Positions 39,401 to 54,400 of a stretch of 64,000 nt of DNA are shown here, in pieces. The notes below the pieces were generated by a model, which saw nothing but the letters and a program-made list of their open reading frames with translations, was not told where the DNA came from and did no database searches. The stretch lies in contig NW_019091360.1 in NCBI RefSeq assembly GCF_001949145.1, positions 2,229,599-2,293,598 on the forward strand, written 5' to 3'. Numbering within the stretch: the first letter of the stretch is position 1; every line of letters starts with the position of its first letter. Source of the DNA: Acanthaster planci (taxonomy: Eukaryota). A program made the position numbers and the translations under genes.

Positions 39401-42400
39401 AATACCCCTTGAATAAAAAATCAATTTTCTTAATCTTCTGTAAGTTATTACTTGAGACAAATGCCGGAGACAACTTCAAGTCATTTCATTTTTACAACAC
39501 CCCACTTCCTTGAAAGACGCTTGAATTCTGACAAAATATCACCTTAATATCCAGAGCCCAATTTTGTAACACTGCTGAACAGCCGATATTGTGCTAACAC
39601 AGCCTCCGTCCAACAGAGACCCCTAAAGAGCACCTCTAAGGAAAACATGTCTTCTCTGATTTTATCTCTTCAAATAAATTTGGAAGCATCCAATCGAACA
39701 CAGTATCATTTATCTTCAAAGCTCAGCTTTGCCGAGATGCGAATTCTGAATGTGGATTGCATCATTCAGAGAAAACAGAGAAATAGAGGGGAGCCCTCGC
39801 CCTGTGTTTGTAGTGGATAAGCCTTGCGCATGCCAAACAACGGCTACATGCTATTTTATCCACGATGAATGTTTTGACTGCAATGGTAAGAATAATTCCA
39901 TGAGGTAAGAGGACTGTTCTAATCTGCGAGGCAAAGTGGAATGGAACACTCAGTCTGTCGCCAAATAACTATACTAAATGTGAACTATTCAATATCCAAC
40001 TCTCAGCTGGAGTGTGTTGCTAGGGTTAGGCTTTTCGGAGTTATTTTCAATACAATTTGAAATGGCAGGCCCATGTAGATGAAATAGTCTCTAAAACTAA
40101 TAAGAAGTTGTTAAAACTAAAAATATGTGGCCTTACTACTAAGGAACTCGTAGCTAAATAAGACGCGTCTTGGAAGATGCGGCCCCAGTTTGGCACTCTA
40201 GTATAACATCCCATCAAATTAACCAAATTGAGGTTGTACAAGAGAGATTTTGCCAAATAGTTCTTGTTAACAAGTATGTTACTTACAATCAAGCTCTAGT
40301 TTCATTGGGCTTCTAGTCACTTTATAGACAAGTTTGTGTGAAGAATTTGTGTGAAGGCCTATAAGTCTGGTAAATTCAGTCAGTGGTTCCCTACATCCCT
40401 AAAAGGAGTCACAGGATGGCCCTCAGATCTTCCTGAGTTATTGATGAACATAGCAGCCCAACTAACAGATTTTATAACAGCCCGGTACCATATTTTGGAC
40501 GAATTTTAAACCAACTGTTAACCTAGACTGGTGGACACATGCGTAATGTTTGTTTGGTTTTTTATCATATCAAAACACACATAATTTTTATATAAATATT
40601 GTGTGTGCTTTTAAATATGAACTCCAGGTCCAATTGCAAGTCAATGAGCAATGGACTTGCATCTAGTAACTAATATTTGTCTTTTATGATTTTCATCAAG
40701 TATAGAGTTTGGCAATTGGATGGTGTGAAATTTTCAATCTTAAATTTTTATCCCGTTTTTCCTCTTAAGTCAAGCGTAAGATTTGTCTTTTCCTTAAAAC
40801 CTTGCGCAGATCGGAATGGCTACTATGGGGATCCCCTTTTTTGTAAGTACGTTATTAAAAAAAAAATTTCGGCCAAATGCAAAAACCTCCTGTTAATTTG
40901 CATCTCTGTAGATGCTGAACAGCCTAGTTTAGTCAACTTTAACATGGGGCCTTCCCCTGAGCTGCTCCATTCTTTTCCAGAGCCCGCCTCCAGTCACATC
41001 CCATGGGGATTGTATGTAAATATCTAAACCACGTGCTGATAAGGGATTATTGACAAAGAAAGTGCCTGGGCAAGCCTTGGAAAGCCTGGGAAAGCCTGGG
41101 CCTGTCTCTGAGCTGTAGACAGCTGTCTGAGTAGTTTCATTGTGTTGGGGGTGTCACATTTTTGTGGTTATAACGGAAGTGTTCTCAAAACGATCCCCTT
41201 GGTGCAATGGGTGTAAAAAGTAGGCTCTGTGCAGTGAATTCAGCTGATACACGTATGAAGGCGTCTGAGCATTAACATGAAAAAATCGGCCCTGTGCATA
41301 AATTTTGAAATATGTGTGTGGGTTTTTTTAAAATGTTAATCTAGTATTACATGTATCCACTGTACAATTTAGCCTGTTGGCTACAAAACGAGATGGAAAA
41401 ATGTTCTTTCTACCAGTAATAATAATAAAATGAAAATGTTCTTTCTACAGTACAAATGTGAAATATTCATTCTTTCCCAGTCTGAATAAAAAATTTGTAA
41501 ACTTTGTGTGCTCGTCTGTTTTACTTTTTGTCAATCCGAAGCAACAATGCAACACGAAATTTGTACGATCTTCCTCAGGTCATGCTTAATACATGATCTT
41601 GTGGGTCTTACAACTTACTTCAGTCATCAGCATTAATGAGTTTCAAAAATTTCCTCATTTGAGAGAAGTTACCAATGTTTCACATTAGTCGGTATCACCC
41701 AATATTGGGTGTTTGTGCGAACAGCCTTCAACACAACCACTGCATGTAAAAGCTGTGCAAGGTTCTTCCTGTGTGTGAAGAGCCCGACTGTGCTAACCTT
41801 TACACAACATTATATGTTCAGTGAAAAAGTAGAATTAATGGGTATAGGCCTCGAGCTGGACCAAGAGAGGGCGCAATTTTCCAAGCAACGGAGGCTCCTT
41901 TGGTTGGAACTGAACTTTACTCGTTCACCAACGACTATGAAAGGCACGCATTACGGTTGCGTCACTACCAGCAAAATGAACACTCCCGACCAATACGGCT
42001 CTTTTTAACCAATGAGGGGGTGCTTATGCTCAAGGCGGATAGAGTACCGAAGCGGACACATCACAGGCACACTTATGAGTGTAAAAGGTATTACCACGGG
42101 AACCCGTGCGTGAACCAACATGTGCGAGAACTCCATTCATTTGCACTACACTTCTGGGTTCAATATGATGCCACGGTCATGCTGTGGATTGAGCCAAATA
42201 TTTTATGTCACATGGTCTACAATATCAATCAGACAGTGGGGACAAATTTGGGTGAGGTATGATTTCTGCTCATAGTGAGCACAACTGTGGGGCCGTTAAG
42301 CGGTGATATGCAATGGGGCCCAGGGCATTTGCCCGCACACCACTTACCCTGCAGATGTCCCGCTGCTGCCGGATGCCACTACTGCACTGCCGCCGCCGCT

Positions 42401-45400
42401 GCTGCTGCTGCTGGCTGTGGAAGTGGTGCTGCCCGAGTTGCGAGGCTGAAGCTGCTCTGCCTGCTGCATTAGCAGCAGCTGTGACACCTCCAAGGCCCGC
42501 AACAGACCCTCCGTCATACTACCGGGCTCTGCCACCCCTAACAAAAGAATCAATTAACTATAAGCAAGAATACCTCTCAACCCATCATCTTTTGTTCAGT
42601 ATGTCAGTTCAAAATGGCCCACTATTTGAAATGAGGTGTCCGCTGACAGTTCTCTTAGAGTAGCTATCATTAACCGTCCCAGCTACAGTTAAGAAGGGTG
42701 TGCTGTGTTTATTGGGCAGGAAAACTGCTGCCCATTTTCTATGTGAAAGCCTTTTTTTCTTGAAGATATCATGTTGGGTAACTTCAAAATGGAACCATTC
42801 AGGAAAGCTGGCGGAGTTACAACCAACATTAGCTGGACCCACATATTTATCGTCACAAAATGCACTTCCAACTTTGCATTCTCCACGGCCTGGGGCTAGT
42901 GAAGGAATGTGCAGGGCCAATCATGAGGGTGGGGACCCATGAGTTGAGACTGCCTTTCATTAAGTTTCACCGCCCACCTCTGTTTCCAGAGCCGTGCCTC
43001 TTCCTGTGGCTGTTGAGGTGCAGATCCAGGAATGCCAGCGGGGATTCCTCTTGCTGATCGCCTGACGATTCAGCCTGAGCAACGGCCTCCTGCAACGAGG
43101 CCTCGATGGCCTGTCGTAAGGCTTCGTCCTATTGCAAGCACAGAGGCAATCTTATCAAACCTCATCACAGTAGAAAATTAACACCACGCAACAAATTCTC
43201 ACAATGTGGAACAGTGGTCCTACAAGTTATGAATGCTTATCCACCTTCCACAAAAAGCTTAGAAACCACTCTGAAGCAACAAAATTTAATCTCCATCAGT
43301 AATTACCACAAAAGCTTGAGTTCAGTTTTTGATTAAAAATTGTCCAGCTCACACAAGCAGTGCAACACATTTTTCCTAGGTTTATCAAGATTTAAGGCAT
43401 GGTTCTCTTACTGGTTAATTATACACACACACAAATGGATACCATGCGGAGTGTGTGAGTAGACAGTGCACCCCTGCACAGGTGTAAGCACCTATTCCTC
43501 ATTGCAAGTAAACCTCCTGCTATAGTGTGAACTCTGTGAATGTACATGGAATTCTTAGGCCTATGTTCTTGTGCACTTTGATCCCGGTATTTTCCTGTGT
43601 GGGATGTTACAATTTACATGCATCCAGATATGAAGTGAAACCGATATCGCACTGGCTGGGCCCTGGGCCAGCCTGCATATGACTCTCACTGAGAGGTCCT
43701 TTCGTGCCAATTTATAATCCTGGGTGAAAAGCGGCAAGGACAGGCACAGTGCCCTGCCCAAGGACACATCATGTGTCCTGGTGCTGGATTTGAACCCCAG
43801 ACCCCACGATCGGGAGTTACATTTACAATCTCCAGACAACACCCTTCCTACCTCCTCATCCGAGTCACTTTCCCAGCTGGACTGGTGGAGATTGGAGGGT
43901 CGGCGGGGCAGGCGTGGTGGGGTGTCAGGGGGAAGCAGGCCCTTGCTGACGGCCGACAGGAACTCGTGACGCTTACGTAGCACTAGCTGGGCAGCCTGGA
44001 CAATCTTGTGCCTTGGGGTGCGGAGGTAGTGGCGGGCTACCATCTGGGACAGGGTCTCTGTGGCCTCTTCCAGCTCATTCTATGGAGCAGGGAGTTTGAA
44101 TTGGTTTGAGGGCTTTTTGACTACATTGCTTGTTTCTGAAGTAGAACTAGAACAGGTGAAGCTACACTAATGTCGCCCGGTTTCACTATTTCAATGCATT
44201 CCGGACAACACAAACCCAGATGCCCCAATTTCATGGAGCTTGATTGTGTTGTAGTAGAATCCATCAAAAGTACCGGTACAAGTAAAATCGCAAGACAATT
44301 GACAAATCAAGACAAATGTACTGGAAGATAGCAATAACGAAAGAATGCTTTAACAGTTCTTTTTCACATCTCATAACTTTGCAGGGAAAACTGGTAAGTG
44401 ACCTGCGAGAAATTTCAAAGACTGAACAAACTTAACCTTACCCACTGTGTTCAAATGCACAGAATATGCCACTGAATACTGCTTACTATACAATTTTGGA
44501 GGATTCAGGAAGGGAAGTTGCTTTAGCAAAGTCTAATTACCAGCAAAAAAGGCATACAGGGGTAGAGGACCCATGCAAGATATAGGGCCCCCTTCCTTTT
44601 TGTCATGACCCAAGGTTCTACAGGCACCCCCTTACTTTTTTGTGACCACGCAACTGTTTATTTGGTGCTACATATTAACCACTGGTTTATGTGTAAGCTT
44701 TCTCTAAGCAGGAAACGGCCACAGACTTTCAAGTAAAGGATGATGGAACTTCCTGTCAGGCACTGGAAGGTTGGTGTGGGAGCCTTTGTTCTGGGGCCAT
44801 TCTATCTCCAGACTCCGAGGAGTGTAGAACACTGACCCTACACCAAGCTCAACCAGTGTCTGATTGCTTTCATGCTTTACAGAATACTGGAGATAAAATA
44901 ATGTACACCACTGGATAGCTTTCAGCGTGTAACCTTGCAGTTTCCACTCACCTGCATGAACTCAAAGATCTGTTTGCTGCCCTCTCTGTCCTCCAGGTAG
45001 TAACCGTAAGGATAGGAGAAACGCAGGATGCGGCGAGCCCGAAGCAGCTCCTGGATCGACTCCTCAATGAATTTGGTTGCCTCAAGACCTGAACACCGAC
45101 AAATGCAGAAGCTGTTCTGAACTACTTTTAATCAATTTCGACTGCACTTGCGAGAAGTCATATTTGGCAAACAAGTGCATCAGTCAATGGGGACATTGTG
45201 ATAGTTCATCATCAGACAGGTTTAGTATGCAAACACATGTCCACATTCCACAATAAATACTTTCAACCTACCATTCACGTTGCACATCATGTGAGCATGT
45301 GCACGAGCTTCACAACCTCAAATGATCACTGCTCATTGTCATTCAAATTGGTAGCCACTCATACATATGCAGTGTTTGTGGCAAATCTCATTTTGAAATA

Positions 45401-48400
45401 TAAACTGATAACGAAGCCATTTATGCTGCATAAATTTGAAGCAAAGCTACCCCCAATTTCAAGTCCACACATTACCTTCCTCTCTCACCAGACAACCTTG
45501 AGCATAGTTTTGTTTCTTACTTGTGGAAATCTTAAGACCTCACGCTTATTCTATTTCTTCTCACAGCTTTGAACAACGTCTAGTTCCTCATCCTGCAACT
45601 CCCAATTCCTGGTGCATATTCCTGTCTCACTCTCACTGGAGCAACATAGTAAACTCCCATCTCTGACTCCCCCGACCCACTCCTCATGTGGGTTCCAGTC
45701 TCCCTTCCTCACCTGCTGGCCCTGAGCGAGAACCCAGTTTCCTCATCTTGAAGGCGGCCTTGCGCAGGAGTGGTTCCTCAAGGCTGTGGCTAAGGCCATG
45801 GTTCTTGAAGCGGGTGTAGAAGTGGATGAATCGGTTTAGCTCCTGCATCTCGCAGTGTTTCTTCTCGGCCTGAAGGAAAGCACCATTATGGCAATATTGA
45901 GGGAAAAAACGAGTGTACATAAGAAACAAATATTCACATCTGAAGATAGGAAAATAATTCCTCGTTTTCACAATCCATGCAGAAAGTTTTGTTTCAATGC
46001 AAAAGGAACTGTGTTACTTGACAAATTTCCAAAAATTTAATCAAAATGAAAACTTTAATCTAAACGAAAAAAAGATCTGATTCACGCAAGAATCTCTTCA
46101 TCGGCATTTGCTCACTTTTTCCATACTGCCATGAGGCTGTCTTTTCAAAAATTGTGCAAAAAGATATCACTCTCAAAGAAATGAATGCCATTCCACTGAT
46201 GGGAAAAACACCTTATATCACAAAGTGGACACAAAACTGTTACCTATTTTGCCAAAAAATGAGCTTAGAAAGGGTCTTCCTAGAATTTCCCATAAACTGG
46301 TAGAGGAGACATAATACCCAGCATAACACAACCACAGGCGAGAGCAAGATGAAAAGATTGTCAAAGATTCTTACGTCCGTTAGCATGCTCTCTGCCTTCT
46401 CGTCAACCTTGCTGACCACCTCAAAGCGGTTACAGCGGAAGTAACCACCCGTCTCTGAGCTGTGCTTGCTCCACGCCTCCAGGCACACCCAGCAGAAATC
46501 GTGTTTGCACTGTTGGAGAATGGACATAAATGCTATCAATGGCTGGAAATCTTTCACCATCCTTGACTTTGTGAACAAAACGTCTTGACAAACTTACGTA
46601 TTGGTGCAGTGAAAGTGAATATCCCTTCAAATATCTCTGAAGACGCTGAATTACATCAGAAGTCATTGGTTGTGATTCCTGCTATTCCAAGTTTTTTACT
46701 CGTAAAAGGGCTTGGAAGGGGAAGGACAGAATCCGCCCTTCAACAAATTTTCCAATATCGTCGTACTGCATTTTTTTTTCATGAACCAATCCTTCATGAA
46801 CTTTTAAAGTAATATCTTAAAGTAATATCATTTTGTAGTCNNNNNNNNNNNNNNNNNNNNNNNNNNNNNNNNNNNNNNNNNNNNNNNNNNNNNNNNNNNN
46901 NNNNNNNNNNNNNNNNNNNNNNNNNNNNNNNNNNNNNNNNNNNNNNNNNNNNNNNNNNNNNNNNNNNNNNNNNNNNNNNNNNNNNNNNNNNNNNNNNNNN
47001 NNNNNNNNNNNNNNNNNNNNNNNNNNNNNNNNNNNNNNNNNNNNNNNNNNNNNNNNNNNNNNNNNNNNNNNNNNNNNNNNNNNNNNNNNNNNNNNNNNNN
47101 NNNNNNNNNNNNNNNNNNNNNNNNNNNNNNNNNNNNNNNNNNNNNNNNNNNNNNNNNNNNNNNNNNNNNNNNNNNNNNNNNNNNNNNNNNNNNNNNNNNN
47201 NNNNNNNNNNNNNNNNNNNNNNNNNNNNNNNNNNNNNNNNNNNNNNNNNNNNNNNNNNNNNNNNNNNNNNNNNNNNNNNNNNNNNNNNNNNNNNNNNNNN
47301 NNNNNNNNNNNNNNNNNNNNNNNNNNNNNNNNNNNNNNNNNNNNNNNNNNNNNNNNNNNNNNNNNNNNNNNNNNNNNNNNNNNNNNNNNNNNNNNNNNNN
47401 NNNNNNNNNNNNNNNNNNNNNNNNNNNNNNNNNNNNNNNNNNNNNNNNNNNNNNNNNNNNNNNNNNNNNNNNNNNNNNNNNNNNNNNNNNNNNNNNNNNN
47501 NNNNNNNNNNNNNNNNNNNNNNNNNNNNNNNNNNNNNNNNNNNNNNNNNNNNNNNNNNACACCAGTTTTGTGAAAGCTGGACACACTGTTCACTGCATGG
47601 TTGTCCAATACATGTGCAAACAACCTAAGTACTGATATGTTGGCTGGTATCATTTTCTAACAATGCCAGTTTAACGTTATCTCCCATGGACACCAATGAA
47701 ACCTTTACAGGTCGTGTCACATCAAGTCCACATTGGGCTGATTGTCATGTAAAAGCAATATAACCTTAAATTAAATTTATAAACACAAAAAATACATAAA
47801 TGGATATAGACAATGAATCAAGTTCTTGGAATTAACTTGTAGAAATCTTCCTGCGACATCTTTTTTTTCGATGTGCAGCTGTAGAGTTGCGTGTGTACGG
47901 TGAATTGTACAACGCTATTTTGACCAGGCTGCCTGTAGTGGTTGCTGTGTTACCATTACGCCTTCTTGGGCAGTGGCGCGGCGCAGCAGGAACCAGTGAA
48001 GCCTTGCACTAGCGAAATGCGAAGGGAACTTGTCAAAAATAATGGAACTTTCTTTCCAAATGTTGTAAATGTAAACAGGCAAACAAAAATACAAGCCTTT
48101 AGATCTGAAAAATTGTTGAGAGGTGTTTTGTGAACACAGGAAAGACAGGATTTGTTTTTCATCTTTTTTTTTCATTTTTAAATGTGTTTTTCTAACATAC
48201 CAATATAAATTTAGGATCGGTCGCGTAACCAGAAGCAGAACTAGTTTTTTGGCCTCAAAAAAGTGCACTTAAATCCAGCCAGGCTGGCGAATCAGCTGTT
48301 TTGGTGGAAAAGTTTGACTGACACAAATGGGCATGTGTGGTGGGCCTAATTGATTTCATTACATGTACTCAATCCGGGCTACTAAATTTTCACAAGGGCC

Positions 48401-51400
48401 AGTGCACTTTCCCCACTGGCCCTGTGGGCCACCAAGAGGTTGAAGTTCATTTCGACTCCTGTAGTCCCATCCTGTAATTTTATTCACAAGCTCTTGGATT
48501 GCACTTGATACACATGCATGTTACAATGCATCACTGAAAAAAAACCCCAATATTTCAATGAATTGCTCATTTTACAAAACATCTTACACTGTACCACCCC
48601 AATATTAAATTCAGGACACAGTCTCAGTCTATAATTAGCTCACGACATCATGTTCATGCACATTCTGGCCTCTTGTTCACAAATGTTACGGCTTATGGTA
48701 ATTACTGTAATACAATGTAAAACCTGATTCAATGTTAAATCTAAATTTTTGGTCGAAAACGGTTTGCAAAAAAAAGTTTTGCATCTGGATGAGCACTGAC
48801 AGAGGCTATGAAAGTGAGTGTGACAAAGAACATCATATCCCAATATCCCAACAGTGGAGATTATTTGCAGTGAAGACACGAAAGAAGTTATCACCATTGT
48901 TTAATCTAAGCTGCAGTCGTCTGTTATCTTGAAACAGCTCCCATGAAAATTCTGTACACAATAGGATGAAGTGCAGACCCCACCTGTATGTTCGATATAA
49001 ACAGTTTCTAATCAATCCTTAGGGAGTGAATGATTTCATTACGAGCACAAAGACCCATTGTCTTGACACTTTGAATATTTCCCCAGTACCTTGGTGCATT
49101 TCATGTGGTTACAGCCGTCGTTCTTCTGGATGGGCGCGGCGCACTTGGGGCACGGCTTGGCATTGGTGACAAGCCACAGGCAGTTGGCTGCTAATTCCGT
49201 CTCGGTATCTGTGCTGGCCACTGGCTCAACAAAATAAACAAACAAACAACAAACAAAAATGAAGGGGTGAACTAGTTAAGAGTCCAAGTCCATTTACGGC
49301 ACCTGAACGCCACCACGTTTTATGAAGTTTTGACGGGACTTCTTACGTTCTTCCGGTTTGATCTCGGCAATCTTGTCCTGCCATTTTTTCCAGTTCTCAC
49401 AGCAGCAGGGCTCGTGGGCATCTCCACTACAGTCCCTGCAGAAAGTAATACAACAGGAGACTCTACAATCCATGGGGCCAATTTCATAGAGCTGCTTAAG
49501 CACAAAATTTGCTTAAGCGTGAAAAAGCCTTGCTTGACAAATCAGGTTACCGACCAAAACTCCACGTGATGTATATTGTTTTGGAATGGTGTTCACCTGT
49601 CTTTTGGTTGGCATGATCATCCGATCACATAGATTTTGAGCAGCCTTTGTTTTTTTAAGCAAGGTTTTTGCATTTAAGCAAATTTTGTGCTTAAGCAGTT
49701 CTATGAACTTGGCCCATGGCATGTTTCAGGTGAAATGACTTCACACAAAAACACTCTCAAAGCCATTCCCAGGGTGATGCCAACTTGGAAGCATACAACT
49801 GTAACAGTGTTTTAACAATGCAGCAACAGCAACATGTTCATGACTGACAACGTACAATGCCCATCCAAGAGGAATCATAAACGAGAATCCTAACACTATG
49901 ACTCAACTATTTTGGGGGATAACCTTTGATGATCAGGCAATATCATTATGGTACCGAAGCACAGAATGACAGGGATTTGAAAGAGAACTTTTTACTTAGA
50001 ACTTGATGAGAAATTCAGAATGGTAAGAAATTTAGAAAGCTTGTATACCCAGCAAGGAATGAGACCGAGGGATACCCCCCAACATGTCCAATCCCTATAC
50101 ACATTCCAGACTATTGTTACTTAACACATCCCCCCAAGATGTCTGAAAGGAACTCCCCAGATTCCTGCGAGACAATGACCAACACAAAGCAGGGGGGGTT
50201 CTCTCCGTCTCATACCTTGCTGCATGTAAATGCTTGAGTGTGTAATAAAGTGGACCTTATTCTGTCGGACCCATCTCATCCTCTACATTCTAAGTATTCA
50301 TTGAGTAGAAGGGAGGAAGAAAGACTTCACATGGAAAAGAGAAATTGGTTAATCTTTGGGGGGCAATGACAAAACCCTTTAGACTGAACCTTTTTACCCA
50401 AATTGAAAAGAAACCAGCTGATTGCAATCCAATAAAACAGAGCTTTAGTGTTCAACCAAAAAAATGAAAAGATTCAATTTAGATTACCTCAGAGTTCTAG
50501 TGGGCTTAAGAATAGTCCTCATTGGAGTACTTCAAACCAATTTAAAAATAAACCATTCAGAGCGAGCAATAAATGAGTCTGCTCACCAGCAAAATATATG
50601 CCCCTGGCCGCAGTCCACTGCGTGGGATATAGAGGGAGGGGTGGAGGGACTGCTTGCCCCACTTGGTCTGTCACTGCCTGTGGCGTAGGGGGTGGGGGGA
50701 TCCTGCTGGGGCATGTGCACAGCGCGCCCACAACCGGCCACCGGACACCACTTCAGCTTGGGGTTGCTCTCGACGAATGCCTACAAAGAAATGAGATGAT
50801 GTAAAATGTTTACGATATCAAAATCAATTCACTCATTAGGTATTTGTTGTCCCTTTCCTAGGCAATAAACAGGCAAGAACATTTCCGTCCCCCAAGGATG
50901 GGCTGCCAGTTCATTGCCAACGCTAGTAGCAATTTACATATCTGGAGAGACAGAGGCCAGTAGGGTAAAAATTTACAGAAGGGTACAAATGTCCATTAGC
51001 TGTATTTAAATCCATGACTCACTGATCATGAATCATAAACACTCACCACTAGGCCTATACATTCTATTCTAGTAAGGGTAGAAAAGTGAAACTGATATGA
51101 AGGCTTTCTTAGCCATATTTCTAGATTTGACATGGGAAATCAATTACCTCTTCAAACATATGGATCTCTAAAATTCCAAATGTGTCTGCAGTTAAATTTT
51201 TTTCAGGTTTTGTGACAGAGAAAGATTACCAAAGATTTTTCCAATTTAAGAACTTGACTCAGCACTAAAGTATTGTTATGGCAATTGGACCCACAATGGA
51301 GGTATGATAGGGGCCTAAGCATAGTAATGAGACACACATGCGCCTAAATGACCCTCAATTCAGGCTACTGTGTAACCCTGTGGGTACATGTTGGGGAATT

Positions 51401-54400
51401 TCAGCTTGTCATCACGCGTTGTTGATGGCAGAAGGAGGGAAATATTAATGGCATGAAATTTATCTATCTTGTGCGCATAAAAAGGACATGTAGGACCCGC
51501 ACATACACAAAACACATCTAAATGGTGCTTCTGAGTGCATTAGTGGAGTTCGCTTAGGAAGACTAACATTTATATCAAACTGTAGATATCGTCTAGCCAT
51601 CTCACGGGATACCAGTGTTTCAATGGTTTCCACCGGTACCAGTCGATCACAGTCATAGCCTGGACATACAATGCCGTGTGCGTTCCCCTCTTTGATTTTA
51701 CCAGTCAGATATCTAAGATCAAATAGATCAAAGAAAAAAAAAAAACGGCATTCGGCAAATAATAACAAATGCAGTCATTCTGTAAGAGACCGACACACTG
51801 GAAGGGCTTATTACAATGCATCCTGATCCAACATATGGTAGTAGTAAGTTAGGACCTAAAACTCTAGCGCTGTCTCTTCATAAGTAATGTCCCTCTAGCA
51901 CAGAGATTTCTTTTGAAATGTGGACTTATCAAGGATCTGGTAAAACTATGTGTTGCCATGGTAATACACCGCCTCCTTTGTAAACTCCCTGTTGGAGGTA
52001 TATCAAATACAAACTCACTGAAGTTGGCACATGTAGAGTAATCATACATGAAGTATATTGAAATGACAGAGCCTTACTATCTGTTAATGTTGGCTGCTTT
52101 TCTACAAACTACCAGCTTGGGGCCTGACATGATATTTTCTGTGAAAACCAACACTAACTCCTGGGATCACATTTACAGAGAAATGCCAGTGTATCATACA
52201 GCTTTATGCCATCTCTTTATCTCGCCAGCCATAAGATGACGCATGGTACAAATTGCCAAAGGCAGGTTTTGTGCCTATTATAAAAATTGTTCAAAGCACT
52301 CAGCTTGGGACAATGACTTCCAATTCATTGTTCTGCGTGCAAAACTAAACACCGCTTTGACGGTGCCAGCAGCAAATTGGATGAACAACGGGCCAGCCAG
52401 CGGGCTGATTGTCTTGTTGAACCTTACCTTTCCCAGCAGTCACGGCAAAACTGATGGGTGCATAATGTAGTGCTGCTTACATCTTCTGCTGGTACGGTAG
52501 ATGTGCAAATATCACACTGCAAGAAGGGAAAAACGTGCAAATGAAGATTTAGTGCTGAATGACAGCACGTGGGAATAACAACTGAAGGCAGTCCTACTCG
52601 TTGCAAGGACAAGGGTTTTGTGAACTTATCTCTCCGGCTCCAACACTTTGACTTCACGATGCTTAATGGACTCTTCAGAGATTCTGTTAATACCATACGG
52701 CAACCAGTCGTACACTCATGTCACATGTATTTCTTAAACTTAGGTTGTGAAAGCATTTTGGAAGATCCGAGAACTCCACTGTTCAAAGATCGTTGAATGA
52801 GCATATGTGGCCTTTGTATAAAAATTGTAACGGCTTCAAATTACCTTTTCTAGATCAGTGAACAATACATGTAAGTCTCCACAACCACAACCTTAATGTA
52901 CATCAGAAGTTAATAAACTTTGCACTGGGAGCAATTGTAGCCCAATATTTCAAAACTACATCAAATTTCAACAAAGTTTTAGTAATTTTTGACAAATCCT
53001 TTATGTTACTGTTACGATTTATAATTCAAACCGATTCAAGGTACATGCAGGTTACATCCACAGAAAGCTCTGGTAGGTACAGGTAATGAGAGCTGTGAAC
53101 TTTCCATTATTCACTTGCATATTGGCATCATTATCCATATAATAAGGAATAATCCTCAACATTTTTTACACTGGTTTCGGAATCGTGGGTCACAATTGTT
53201 CCTTTTTTCACAACTATCCTGACAGATTTGTCCATTTCGCCAGGCGACCTCTTTCAATGGAGCATGACACCTGCCACAGATTCTTTGTCTCAGGGACTGT
53301 CTCGTTTGATGATGTGGACTTACCACGACAGGCTCTTCTTGTGGAGTGGCAGCCTTGGGCTCCAGTGAGCTCAGCTTGTGCTCGGCAGCAAAGCTGTCCA
53401 GGTTCTCTGGGGGCTTGACGCCGCATCTGACACAGCACTCCTTCGAGTTCGGGATCCACGCCTCCAGAAGAGACTCTCTAGACCACTCTGAATTAATTAG
53501 ATAGAGGAACAATTGCCAAAACTTTATAATGTTGTCTAAATTGTCAGATGTTAACTTCTGGTACAGATGTCTATAAAGACCTTTTTAATTTCATTTCATG
53601 CGTATTAACTTTTTAATGCCTTCAAAAGACGTTTTACTCCAAAATCAAGACTCAAGAATTCAACAACTGCACATCCTTACAAATCAAACATCTTGGATGT
53701 CTAATGCTATGATGGTCTCAACAACGATGGCGCTGTCTACCTACCAAAATTTCTCAGCAGGGCTTCAGCAGTGAAGAGAGGTACCCTGAGCATGTCTGCT
53801 GTCTCCACCACCACAAGGTCCTTGGCCTCCTGCAGTTCCTGTAGTCTCAGACCACTGTAGGCCTGAAACAAACGTTCAGCCGCATTTTCCTCCGTAACTA
53901 AAGAACTCGTACTTTCAATACAATTCCTAGCAATGCTGTATTAACACTCAACCTCAAAAGAACAGACTCCGTATCAACTGCTGTCTCTTAAACCTAATGG
54001 TAATCTAAGTGATAACACAAACATGAAGGCAACCATTGAAATTCCTTAAAGATATTAGGAAAAAACGACCAACACCAAAAAAGTGGAAGAGTCTGTTAGT
54101 ACATTTGCTTCCAAGGAATCCTAACATTTTAATTCCATATTTTTTGTACTGTTATGATCATGATTAAAGCATGTTTTATTAGAAAAACCTAATCTTGTAC
54201 ATGTACATAAGTTTTCAAACTTGACTATGACACTTCTGTTTTAAGGCCATGGCTAAACAAAAAGGCCAACGGTACATAAGGTACTTGAAAAGCCATGTTG
54301 GAATTACTTGGCTGCAACTTGAAATTACACACTGCTCTATGGGAACTGGCTGCAGCCAAAAACACAGACCCGTGCCAAATTCTAAGCCAAAGCCACATCG

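Noticed and set aside
41900..42262. Similar peptides in ORFs 41900-42262 and 58853-59386 as a gene family
   Set aside because: Similarity reflects the shared DNA repeat; frames are not maintained beyond it.
46817..47653. 278-aa and 252-aa ORFs
   Set aside because: Artefacts of the 718-N gap.
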